A stretch of 64,000 nt of DNA from an uncultured Candidatus Poseidoniales archaeon (GTDB lineage: Archaea; Thermoplasmatota; Poseidoniia; Poseidoniales; Thalassarchaeaceae), in NCBI GenBank assembly GCA_905182515.1, contig CAJJBW010000004.1:33131-97130 (forward strand), written 5' to 3'. Positions 18,917 through 28,371 of this stretch are shown in pieces. The notes under the pieces are model-generated. The model was not told the DNA's origin. It did no database searches and saw only the letters and a list, made by a program, of their open reading frames with translations. A program made the translations under genes and the position numbers. Position 1 is the first letter of the stretch, and each line of letters opens with the position of its first letter.

Positions 18917-21900
18917 ATGAATGTGTTAATTTCAGATTCCGATGCTAACATAAATACTAGAAAGAAGAGATCAGCAGTATTTTTTGCTATATTAATGATA
19001 TTTTCTAGTATGCTTGCTATGGAGTATGGGATTTGGGAAGCTATGGCTACTACGGATCAAGATGGTGATGGTTTAAGTTACGGACTTGAATTCTTCATAA
19101 ATACTCAACCTCAAGATTTCGATTCAGATAATGATGGGCTTCCTGATGGTTGGGAATGGCAATATGGCTTAGACCCATTATCTTCATCTGGAAATAATGG
19201 ATCAACAGGTGACCCTGATCTAGATTCATTAAATAATCTTAATGAATATCTATATTCTATACCATCAAATTGGGATTTCTCAGGAACTCCAAACGTTTTG
19301 GATAATGGCGTTTGGTGGAATGGAACCGTTCCAGTTAGTAATTGGGATGAGGAGAGTGCTATGCAGCTTCTACAAGGTTCTGGAGGGGATGGTGCAGATG
19401 AAGACCCCATGGGTAATATCTGTACAGATACCTTTGACAATGATAAAGATGGATTAGTAGATTCTTTTGACGATGATAAAGATGGAGATGCTGATTGTTC
19501 TTCAGATGATGATGATGGTGACGGCTTAATTGATGAAGATAGAAATGGATGGGATACCGATGGAGATGGTATGCCGGATGGCTGGGAAGTAGCACATAAT
19601 TTGGATCCCACTTCGAACTCAAATATGGATGGAACTTTTGGAGATCCAGATGGTGATGGGTTAATTAATTTGTATGAGTATATTAATCCAGCATGGAATA
19701 CAAGGAATGGATCAACCTTTCCTCCTACTCAGTATTTTATGCCAGGTCCGATTAATATGACATTCACTACTTCTCCTTGTAATCCAATGTTAGGCTTAGG
19801 CCCCGGTGGATGTCAAATTCTAACTGCAGAAGTCGATGGGATAACTCAGACCGATCCTCAAAACAATGATACTGATGGAGATGGATTAAATGATTCCTAT
19901 GAGGCATTAGTAACTCTTACAGATCCAACTGCATCAGATACTGATGGAGATGGAATTTCAGATGGAATAGAGGTCAATGGGCAATATGGAGACCCAGGGC
20001 AATCCTCAGATCCATTAGATAACAATACAGATGACGATCATTTGGAAGATGGGGAAGAGGACCTTAATGGAAATGGCTTAGTTGATTTTGGAGAAACAGA
20101 TCCTACGAGAATAGAGGACGATGGTGATTTCGATGAGGATGGGTTACAAAATTGGGAAGAAAATTTGACTTGTACATATTGGGATGTATTTGATTCAGAC
20201 GGAGGGGGAGAGAATGATGGCGATGAAATTGACTTCATGAGAGCTACCGATCCATGTGTATCGACTATTAATTTAGAATTTACAGTAATGAACTGGGATG
20301 TAGTAACAAAAGAATTAACTCTAAATTCAACGGTAGGAATTAATCCTAACCCTATGGATTGGAGGCAAACTGATTTCCCGATGGCATATTACAATGATTC
20401 AATAGGAAATTTATCTGGATTTAGGTTTGAAAGTATTTTGGGAAACACTCTAAGGGGTGTCGATTTTGATATGCCCTCAGATACGATTAATATTCTCGTT
20501 ACCAATGGTTCTTGGTGTTGGAATGCTAGTATAGGGGCAATCAATGAGCCATATTGTGATGATGATTATTTGGATTTAGATAGTGATGGCTTAGCAGATT
20601 GGGAAGAATTATTCGGAACTTGGGGCTATATTTCATTAATAAATGCTACAGATTCAGATGGAGATGGTGTTAATGACCTTTCCGAGATTCAAAATGCTAC
20701 CGATCCGATGGAGCCTTGTCATAATGTATTGGACACTGATTCTGACGGGTTAAATAATTACTTTGAAAATAATACAGGTTGCAGTATGTCATTTGGCATA
20801 TCCTCGGGTAATATGACATTAGATACTTACATTACTCTTTGGAATCAAACAGATTCTGATAACGGAGGTGTCGCAGATGGCCAAGAATATATGGATGGCA
20901 CAAATCCTCAAAATAATCCCAATGATGATATAAATCCTACTGATACAGATGGTGATGGAATACCTGATACTATAGAACAAGAGATAGGAACCGATTGGTT
21001 AGATCCAGATACAGATGGAGGAGGGGTGCCAGATGGCCAAGAATGCCCTGAGTCATTTTGGATAAATGATTGCTTAGGTGCAGATACAGACCCGTTTAAC
21101 TCATCTGATGATATTTTATTTAATTCATTATTCTTTTCTGCTTTTAATCTTTCATCAGGGTTGGATACAAGCATGAAGCATTATTGGAGATGGCACACAT
21201 ATGATACATACACCGGAGTCTCATGGGGGGTTAATTCAAGCCTAATTGGCAATACTTTCATCACTCCTTCATCAAATATAAGCCAAGGAGTATCGGACTC
21301 AACATTTTGGAATTCATCCTCTGCTACTGATTGGGAATTAGCATTTACAAGCGGAACTATGGCCCCTGGAATTGAACTCATAGCACCTTATAATGTCTAT
21401 GAATTCGATAACTGGGTTGAATCATCCGCTGGTTTAAATTTCTCAAATTATACTCGAGATATAATTATCGATAATTCAAATGTTGATAACTTATATGTTT
21501 CAGCCCCTGAAGTTATATTTGAAACAGATATACGTGATAATTCTACTATATTTACTGGTAGTAGTTATGCAACAGATTTACCTGCAATATATTTGTCTGA
21601 ATATAGTTCAGAAGTAAATAATATCACGCAACGAATTATAAATAACTCTGGCGCTATTTCAGCATGGGATAAAATTACAGCAATCCAAGATTATTTAATT
21701 AATGGAAATGATACTACCAACTTCTTACGAAATCATGATGGTTCTTCAAGAGTTAATGGAGCAGGTATTGATAGTGATATTTCTAACTGGATTTTAACGT
21801 CGGCATTCGAAGGAAGCTGTGATGAATTTACTTCTGTTTTTGCTGTTATGTTAAGGCACGCCGGTATGCCTACTAGGAAAGTCACAGGATTCGCTGGAGG

Positions 21901-24900
21901 TGAATGGACAGGCAAGTCATACGAAGTCTACGGCAAGGACTTTACTTGGTGGGTTGAAGTTCATTTAGAGACCAATCAAAATCAAGGTAACTTAGATTTG
22001 GGTTGGATACCATTTGAAGCATGCCCCCCTATTTCTATGGTCGAAATTCCGGACGTATCTTGGTCTCCAGATTTCCTGGAAAGAGATTTGAATGTGGGAG
22101 AGAATATTAGTGTCCAAGGAACACTTCAATTTTCGGACAACTCAAGTGTTGCTCCAGAGATTGCATTGTATTTGTATCTGATTTCTCCCTCAGATGTAAA
22201 TGAAATTCCTGGTTCAGCGGCAATTCCTGAGTATCTAGTAGCTACAACGTTCACTGATTCAAACGGAGAATTTAATCTTACAGGTTTACCTGATGAGATA
22301 TTAAGTCCAGGTTTTGCATCGTTAGTTATACAGACTACTAAAAAGAATTATGTTGGTAATCAGGGTATTTCATTTTCTTGGACAATTAATATAACTGATG
22401 ATGTTAATTTGTCACTTTTAGATCCATTGCCAATTGATCAACCTATGATTGGAGTTGGAGTTAATACTACACTATCTGGCCAGATGTCTTGGAAAAATAA
22501 TCCTAATATCGATCCAACTATGATTGATAATTTACAATTACAACTTAGTTATACAACATCATTAGATGGTGTCATGATTTTGTCAACTGATGTCGGCCCT
22601 GGGGGATATTTCGAATTTATTGTCTCATTACAAGATAATGAGCCATTAGGGATAATAAATGCTACATTAAATTTTTCTGGTTGGCATGAAGATGATATGA
22701 ATAATTTGTCTATACCAGTTTATCATGCAAGACCAAATTCTAAATTTTTATTACTTAATATAACACCTTCTCCAAATATGTCAGTCATTCTTGAAGGCAC
22801 GGATTTAAATAATTCCATACTCGATATCAATTCAAATATTTTCTTGAATGGAACGGTACTGAGTCGAGGATTAAATCCAAATGCATTAAATGGAACATTA
22901 TCATTGGAACTACGAAGATCAGACCTGAATGGCCCCTTCATCAGTGTAAAATCGTGGGCATTAAATGAATCTACGTGGCGCACAAACCCCGGTGATTTTG
23001 AAATCGCATGGTTATTTAATTCCTCAGAAGTCCCGATACCTGCAGGACCTATCGAGGTGAGGATAAGATTCAACGCAGATATTTTATCTGCCAATGATCA
23101 GGAAACATTTATTGATTCATTCGGAATTAGGAGCGATATATTTTTCAATTACTCCCTTTCATCTAAAATGAGAGGAATTAATGCAGAAGTTGATGTTGTC
23201 TTGACAGATCATACCGGAACATCATTAGCAAATTTTCAAGGAGATTACAAACTAGAATTTAATGGCGATGAGGTATGGAATATAAGCGATCCAACAAATC
23301 CTAAGTTATTAGTAACATGGACTCCATCAATTGATCTTGTACCCGGGGATTTTACTTGGTTACTGACTTACAATGGGTCAACTTGGTTAAATCCAGTTAA
23401 CTATGATGATGAAGTCCGAATAAAAGGGAGATCTAACGTAACTACAAGCATAGGTTCGGAATGGTCTCAAGGAGGATCATTAGTGTTAAATTGGGTAAAT
23501 GGTTTTGCTAATGATATAGTTTTGATAACTCCTATAGTTGGCAATAATTCTTCGATAACATTGTCTTTACATGTTCCTTCAGATTTACCCCCTACTCCTG
23601 ATGGATTTCCATCTCCTCCTACGATTTATCAATTATCTACTGGTTGGATTGATGAGCAAACTGGTGAATATAATCTATCATTTTCTATGCCTGGAAATAT
23701 TGCTTCCGGCGTCTATGAGTTATATTTAGAATTAGATTTTACAGAAAATCCTCCACCAGGGGGGCAATTTTACCAAGATACTTCTCCTGTATTGTTAAAT
23801 GCAGGTATTCAGACAAAATTTGCAGTTGAAGTAAATTCTTCTGTTGCAATTGTCGTTGCAGGAGAGAATTTAATAGTTAATGCAACAATTACGGATATAG
23901 CTGATTCATCAAGGCTTGAGAATTCAATAGTTGAATTATATTTTGATTGGGGAGGTCCATCTCAGCAATTATTAGAGATTTCAATATCGAATTCTATTGG
24001 TATTGTGGCTTTTAATCCAACCATACCTGCAAACACAAATCCGGGATATTATGATGTTAGGATTTATGTTCCTGATGATATAACTGATAACCTTACTGAT
24101 GAAAATGCTGGAAGATGGCTAGAGGGGGAAGATTTCATTAATTTAACAGTCCAAGTTGGAAGCTTAATTGAAATCGATAGTATCCCTTCCGAAGTAACAG
24201 CTCTTCAATTTTTTACTGTTTCAGGTAGAGTTATGGATTCTGCCGATAATAATAGAACCGTCCAGGGGCCGGTCCAAATAGAAATATTCTTCCTAGATGA
24301 TCAATCTGAGATTTTAATTTCAGATTTCATGACAAATAATAATGGTAGTTTTACAGTTACTGTTCCAACAGATGTTTCTGGAGATGGAGTTACTAGTGGA
24401 CTAAAAACTGTAATTATTAGTGTGGTAAATGCCTCAAGTCCTTTCTACTTAACAGGTTCTGGTGACTCAAATATTTTAGTACGGGGAATAACTAATTTTA
24501 TTGAGACGTCTCCTTTAATAAATACTGTTATTGATAGGGGATCGGCAGTAACCGTTGGAGCTAAACTTGTGGAATTCAGCGATAATAACCGTCTTTTAGA
24601 AGATTCTACTGTAGTTGTCAAATTTCATGAAACATGGTTAACTGAGGAAATTACTTCTAATGAAGGGGAGGTAAATTTTATATTCTTAATTCCCAATGAC
24701 CACCCCTTGGGTTTAGTTAATGTAACATTTTTCTTTAATGGTTCTAGTACTTTACATTCTACATTTAAAATGATTAATACAGTATCTATTAGATCTCCAA
24801 CATTTATTCAAATATATCCTATTGAAGCGAATCCCTTCCCAGGAGAATTTTTTAATATATCTGGTTCATTATTTTCTAATAATGGAAGTTCTATAGTTAA

Positions 24901-27853
24901 TCGCCAAGGTAATTTATTAAATCCTGTAATGATATTTTCTATTAATGATGAATTTGATACATTTACCGTTTCCTCATTGTCCTTTACTATGGATGGGAAT
25001 TGGAGTGCTGAAATCAGGTTAGATTTAACATTCTCACGAGGGCAACATCAGATACAAGTCACTTATACGCCTGATGTGAATTATTATGGAGGAAGTTCTA
25101 ACGGAACTGGATTTGATAGTAGAGGATATTCTCTTCTTTCAATACTAAATCCTTCTGATTTAGATTCTGATAGCCGTACTGTAAGGGGGGATTCAATTGG
25201 AATTAATATATCCATTATAGATAATGCCGGAATTCCAGTCCCTTCTGTACCATTCAACATAACTATCGATGACACATTTGTTCTTTCTGGGGCTACAGAT
25301 TTGAATGGCTTTGCAACTAGTTTACTAGACATAGGTCAATTTACAAGCCCTGGTCCAATAAAAATAACGGTATCATTCGATGGCATTGATAGTACTACTG
25401 GTCTTCTTGGAGATGAAGCTTGGACTAGAGTCATAGTTTTGGCACCTACTAACTTGCAAATAGTTTCCATAGAAGGGTCATTTGTAGCAGGTGAAGAAAT
25501 TACTTTCTCTGGATTTTTGTCAGATGAACATGGTCAAAATCTAATTGATGAAGGTATTTCTACTGGTGCATTGGTACACTTATCGATAGATGGATTAGAT
25601 GTAGGGCCACTATTTACTACCCAGTCAAATGCGACAACAAACTTTTGGACTATAATATATACTCTTCCTTCAGATATGAATTACGGTGCGCACACCGCTT
25701 CTGTTAGTTTCCTAGGGGGTTTTACATGGGTAGATCCTATGGGGCAAGGAGACTCATTAAATCCGGAATACTACTTGCCATCAATGGCTTCTGGGGGGTA
25801 TAATGTTTCTCAATTGTCGCAGGTAATAATAACTACCCCTCTTACTGATGTTGATAGGAATGATTTAGTTTTAATAGAAGGGAAATTAACAGATGGTGTT
25901 GGAAGGCCAATATCAAATAGGGGCCTAACATCATATATTGATAGTCAATTCCTGACTGATCTCACTGTCAATGAAACTGGATTTTTCAGTATATTTGTCC
26001 CGATTCCGCCTAATATGCAATTAGGGCCAAGAATTGTATCTGTAATTTTTCAGGGTGAAGAGTTTATTCTACCATCTAATTCTTCGACTATCTTCATTGT
26101 GCACGGGCCGGTTTTTCCAACAGTAGGTGATTTGACTCCAGTTGCAGTTGGAGATACTTTGATGATTGATGGTTTAATAAATGATAATTTACAAGAAGGA
26201 TGGCTCTCAAATCATACATTAGAATTATTTGTGGATGATATATTAATTGGAATAACGACCTCTAATGAAGAAGGAAAATGGCAATATAATTTTGTTATTC
26301 CGGAATCATTGGATGTTGGTAATCATTCACTATTAATTTTAAGTCCAGAGCAAGGGTACCATCGCCAAGGTAGCATTGAAACAAATCTTACGATAGCATA
26401 TCATACTGTAATTTCCCTATCTTTGGATTCAATATTTTCCACAAGAGGTGATAATTGGAACTTTACAGGCAGATTATATGAATCCGACACTTCTTACCAA
26501 ATTGGATTACAAGAAAGAACAATAATTGTTTATCTCGATGATGTTGAAACTACAACAATTATTACAAATAATGATGGAACATTCAATTATAGTTATTTGT
26601 TAGGTTACCAAATATCCAGAGGAATTCATGACTTCAAATTCTCTTTTAATGGCGAGACTTTCTACCTGCCAACTAATTATAATATTACTACATATGTCAA
26701 ATCTGATATCCAAATAGAAATCTTGCCCATTTCTCACTCTATAGTCCGTAGTTCAAGCACTCAAACTATCAAAATACAAGGATTTGCTAGAGAAATTGGT
26801 GGTCAATTCAGTATATTTGAAAATCTATCTTTAAACTTATATTGGGGGGATAGTAATTTACCATTCAAATCAGACCCTTGGGTAAACTCTGGAACTTTAA
26901 ATTTCCAAATAATTTCAACAGCACGTGAATTCATGTATCCGGGGATAAATTCTTTGAGTTTGGTAATTCAACCTGATGAGAATCGTTTTTTGAATGGGGC
27001 CACAATAGATATAGAAATAATGGTACTAATTCCAATAGATTTTGAATTTTCTAACCTTGAATTATCTAATGGTCAAAGGATTCTACAAGGTTCTGTAAAT
27101 TTATCTGCAAATGACACTGGTGATAGGTTAGCTGGAGTATCCATGTCTGCCCTATTACTTAATGGCTCTACTACTCATTTTTCATCTACTAAATTAACTG
27201 ATGACAATGGCAGGTTTAACTACGAATTTAAATCACTAGCGCCTCTTCCGCCTTTATCAGACAAATCAATATGGGGTGATTTACATGTTCAACTATCTTC
27301 TGATTCTAATTTCATAGATCCAATAAGCTTGTCCAATTTAGCATTACAAGGTGATATCGAAATAATATATGATAAACCTCCTTCAAAATCGTTACTATTG
27401 CCTGTGATTTTAGGAATAGGGTTTATATTTATAATATCATTATTAGTAACCACCTTTATTATTTATAATAGAAAGAAAAATTCAGAAATGTCTGAAATAG
27501 CAGGTATTTTCAATTATGCTTCAGAACTTCTCGCAGCAGGAGATGAAGTTAGAGTTTCTATATTTGAATGCTATCAAAACCTCTGTGCAGTTCTTATGGG
27601 AAGGGGTTTCTTACGTCGAGGATTTGAAACAGTTCGAGAATTTGAATTAGCAATAAGGCTTGCATTGCCCGGAATAAGTGAACAATCATTAGTTGCGTTA
27701 GACCGCATTTTCGAGGAAGCCAGATATTCTAGCCATGTTATGGGGGAATCTGATAGGAAGAACGCAAGAATAGCCCTTTCCTCAGTAACTAAGGAAATTG
27801 AAGACTTAGAAGAAATACCAGTCAGGGATAATAGTGTTACAATAGTAGTATAA
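18917..27853 (+). CDS. Giant (~2980 aa) surface protein: signal anchor, TSP3-like Ca-binding repeats, transglutaminase-like core, long Ig-like/beta-sandwich region, TM helix, cytoplasmic DUF4129-like tail
   Basis: The ORF opens at 18851, but GAGGT sits 8 nt upstream of ATG 18917 (MNVLISDSD...). Signal anchor: AVFFAILMIFSSMLAM. DxDxDGxxDxxE repeats. TGase core: SCDEFTSVFAVMLRHAGMPTRKVTGF...WWVEVHL...GWIPFEA. TM helix: LLLPVILGIGFIFIISLLVTTFIIY. Tail: YQNLCAVLMGRGFLRRGFETVREFE...FEEARYSSHV. Confidence 0.8.
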   Translation: MNVLISDSDANINTRKKRSAVFFAILMIFSSMLAMEYGIWEAMATTDQDGDGLSYGLEFFINTQPQDFDSDNDGLPDGWEWQYGLDPLSSSGNNGSTGDPDLDSLNNLNEYLYSIPSNWDFSGTPNVLDNGVWWNGTVPVSNWDEESAMQLLQGSGGDGADEDPMGNICTDTFDNDKDGLVDSFDDDKDGDADCSSDDDDGDGLIDEDRNGWDTDGDGMPDGWEVAHNLDPTSNSNMDGTFGDPDGDGLINLYEYINPAWNTRNGSTFPPTQYFMPGPINMTFTTSPCNPMLGLGPGGCQILTAEVDGITQTDPQNNDTDGDGLNDSYEALVTLTDPTASDTDGDGISDGIEVNGQYGDPGQSSDPLDNNTDDDHLEDGEEDLNGNGLVDFGETDPTRIEDDGDFDEDGLQNWEENLTCTYWDVFDSDGGGENDGDEIDFMRATDPCVSTINLEFTVMNWDVVTKELTLNSTVGINPNPMDWRQTDFPMAYYNDSIGNLSGFRFESILGNTLRGVDFDMPSDTINILVTNGSWCWNASIGAINEPYCDDDYLDLDSDGLADWEELFGTWGYISLINATDSDGDGVNDLSEIQNATDPMEPCHNVLDTDSDGLNNYFENNTGCSMSFGISSGNMTLDTYITLWNQTDSDNGGVADGQEYMDGTNPQNNPNDDINPTDTDGDGIPDTIEQEIGTDWLDPDTDGGGVPDGQECPESFWINDCLGADTDPFNSSDDILFNSLFFSAFNLSSGLDTSMKHYWRWHTYDTYTGVSWGVNSSLIGNTFITPSSNISQGVSDSTFWNSSSATDWELAFTSGTMAPGIELIAPYNVYEFDNWVESSAGLNFSNYTRDIIIDNSNVDNLYVSAPEVIFETDIRDNSTIFTGSSYATDLPAIYLSEYSSEVNNITQRIINNSGAISAWDKITAIQDYLINGNDTTNFLRNHDGSSRVNGAGIDSDISNWILTSAFEGSCDEFTSVFAVMLRHAGMPTRKVTGFAGGEWTGKSYEVYGKDFTWWVEVHLETNQNQGNLDLGWIPFEACPPISMVEIPDVSWSPDFLERDLNVGENISVQGTLQFSDNSSVAPEIALYLYLISPSDVNEIPGSAAIPEYLVATTFTDSNGEFNLTGLPDEILSPGFASLVIQTTKKNYVGNQGISFSWTINITDDVNLSLLDPLPIDQPMIGVGVNTTLSGQMSWKNNPNIDPTMIDNLQLQLSYTTSLDGVMILSTDVGPGGYFEFIVSLQDNEPLGIINATLNFSGWHEDDMNNLSIPVYHARPNSKFLLLNITPSPNMSVILEGTDLNNSILDINSNIFLNGTVLSRGLNPNALNGTLSLELRRSDLNGPFISVKSWALNESTWRTNPGDFEIAWLFNSSEVPIPAGPIEVRIRFNADILSANDQETFIDSFGIRSDIFFNYSLSSKMRGINAEVDVVLTDHTGTSLANFQGDYKLEFNGDEVWNISDPTNPKLLVTWTPSIDLVPGDFTWLLTYNGSTWLNPVNYDDEVRIKGRSNVTTSIGSEWSQGGSLVLNWVNGFANDIVLITPIVGNNSSITLSLHVPSDLPPTPDGFPSPPTIYQLSTGWIDEQTGEYNLSFSMPGNIASGVYELYLELDFTENPPPGGQFYQDTSPVLLNAGIQTKFAVEVNSSVAIVVAGENLIVNATITDIADSSRLENSIVELYFDWGGPSQQLLEISISNSIGIVAFNPTIPANTNPGYYDVRIYVPDDITDNLTDENAGRWLEGEDFINLTVQVGSLIEIDSIPSEVTALQFFTVSGRVMDSADNNRTVQGPVQIEIFFLDDQSEILISDFMTNNNGSFTVTVPTDVSGDGVTSGLKTVIISVVNASSPFYLTGSGDSNILVRGITNFIETSPLINTVIDRGSAVTVGAKLVEFSDNNRLLEDSTVVVKFHETWLTEEITSNEGEVNFIFLIPNDHPLGLVNVTFFFNGSSTLHSTFKMINTVSIRSPTFIQIYPIEANPFPGEFFNISGSLFSNNGSSIVNRQGNLLNPVMIFSINDEFDTFTVSSLSFTMDGNWSAEIRLDLTFSRGQHQIQVTYTPDVNYYGGSSNGTGFDSRGYSLLSILNPSDLDSDSRTVRGDSIGINISIIDNAGIPVPSVPFNITIDDTFVLSGATDLNGFATSLLDIGQFTSPGPIKITVSFDGIDSTTGLLGDEAWTRVIVLAPTNLQIVSIEGSFVAGEEITFSGFLSDEHGQNLIDEGISTGALVHLSIDGLDVGPLFTTQSNATTNFWTIIYTLPSDMNYGAHTASVSFLGGFTWVDPMGQGDSLNPEYYLPSMASGGYNVSQLSQVIITTPLTDVDRNDLVLIEGKLTDGVGRPISNRGLTSYIDSQFLTDLTVNETGFFSIFVPIPPNMQLGPRIVSVIFQGEEFILPSNSSTIFIVHGPVFPTVGDLTPVAVGDTLMIDGLINDNLQEGWLSNHTLELFVDDILIGITTSNEEGKWQYNFVIPESLDVGNHSLLILSPEQGYHRQGSIETNLTIAYHTVISLSLDSIFSTRGDNWNFTGRLYESDTSYQIGLQERTIIVYLDDVETTTIITNNDGTFNYSYLLGYQISRGIHDFKFSFNGETFYLPTNYNITTYVKSDIQIEILPISHSIVRSSSTQTIKIQGFAREIGGQFSIFENLSLNLYWGDSNLPFKSDPWVNSGTLNFQIISTAREFMYPGINSLSLVIQPDENRFLNGATIDIEIMVLIPIDFEFSNLELSNGQRILQGSVNLSANDTGDRLAGVSMSALLLNGSTTHFSSTKLTDDNGRFNYEFKSLAPLPPLSDKSIWGDLHVQLSSDSNFIDPISLSNLALQGDIEIIYDKPPSKSLLLPVILGIGFIFIISLLVTTFIIYNRKKNSEMSEIAGIFNYASELLAAGDEVRVSIFECYQNLCAVLMGRGFLRRGFETVREFELAIRLALPGISEQSLVALDRIFEEARYSSHVMGESDRKNARIALSSVTKEIEDLEEIPVRDNSVTIVV
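19046..21112 (+). repeat. Array of thrombospondin type-3-like calcium-binding repeats (coding repeats)
   Basis: Recurrent D-x-D-x-DG-x-x-D-x-x-E units: DQDGDGLSYGLE, DSDNDGLPDGWE, DTDGDGMPDGWE, DPDGDGLINLYE, DTDGDGLNDSYE, DTDGDGISDGIE, DTDGDGIPDTIE, DPDTDGGGVPDGQE. At the DNA level the GATxxTGATGGxGATGG cores recur. Confidence 0.8.
21818..22018 (+). other. Transglutaminase-like cysteine protease core (candidate Cys-His-Glu triad) inside the giant CDS
   Basis: Cys codon TGT at 21818-21820 in G-S-C-D-E-F. His codon CAT at 21962-21964 in WWVEVHL. Glu codon GAA at 22016-22018 in IPFEA, where family members usually have Asp. Confidence 0.65.
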
Positions 27854-27863
27854 GAACTTGGAT

Positions 27864-28319
27864 TCAATAAAATAACTCTAGAAAGCCATTTGTCCATTTT
27901 CCATTTTTAATTTTCTTGTCCTTATCTAACAAAAATGTTTCAATGTTTCCACCAAATAAATCATTCATTATAATTCTAAGCATATCCTTTTCTTGATTTA
28001 TTTCAACTATGATGTTTTCCGGGTTCATTGTTTCCAATGGGATCAAATAATTTGGATTATTTACATTTAAGTTATTAGTAAATATACTGAGATTCCGCAT
28101 TTCTCTAGAAGATTCTTTTTCAATTTCTATGGTACGTGATGCTGCTGATATCATTTCATTATGAGCAACTTTAACTCCATCAAAATGGGGAATATTTTTT
28201 AGGAAAACGTCATGCATCTTTTCTGCGGTAACATCTAACCCCAAACTTAATCCATTAAATTCTTCATTTTCTTTATCGTTTGAACCTAAAATAGACAATT
28301 CTAATCTCAGCCATTCCAT
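27864..28319 (-). CDS. Hypothetical protein (151 aa), downstream of xpd
   Basis: ATG-initiated ORF 52 nt after the xpd stop. No recognisable motif. Its stop lies 10 nt from the convergent stop of the giant gene. Confidence 0.45.
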   Translation of the reverse strand: MEWLRLELSILGSNDKENEEFNGLSLGLDVTAEKMHDVFLKNIPHFDGVKVAHNEMISAASRTIEIEKESSREMRNLSIFTNNLNVNNPNYLIPLETMNPENIIVEINQEKDMLRIIMNDLFGGNIETFLLDKDKKIKNGKWTNGFLELFY

Positions 28320-28371
28320 ATTATCAATCTTGCCATACGTCCAATACGCATTAACTCATTGTTTATATGTA

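Noticed and set aside
19111-19622. Ser/Pro-rich minus-strand ORFs inside the TSP3 repeat arrays (19111-19611, 19359-19622, 20038-20238, 20908-21174, 59355-59828, 60339-60611)
   Set aside because: The reverse complement of repeated GAT/GAC/GGN/GAA codons yields stop-free S/P/I-rich frames. They are a by-product of the repeat composition, not genes.
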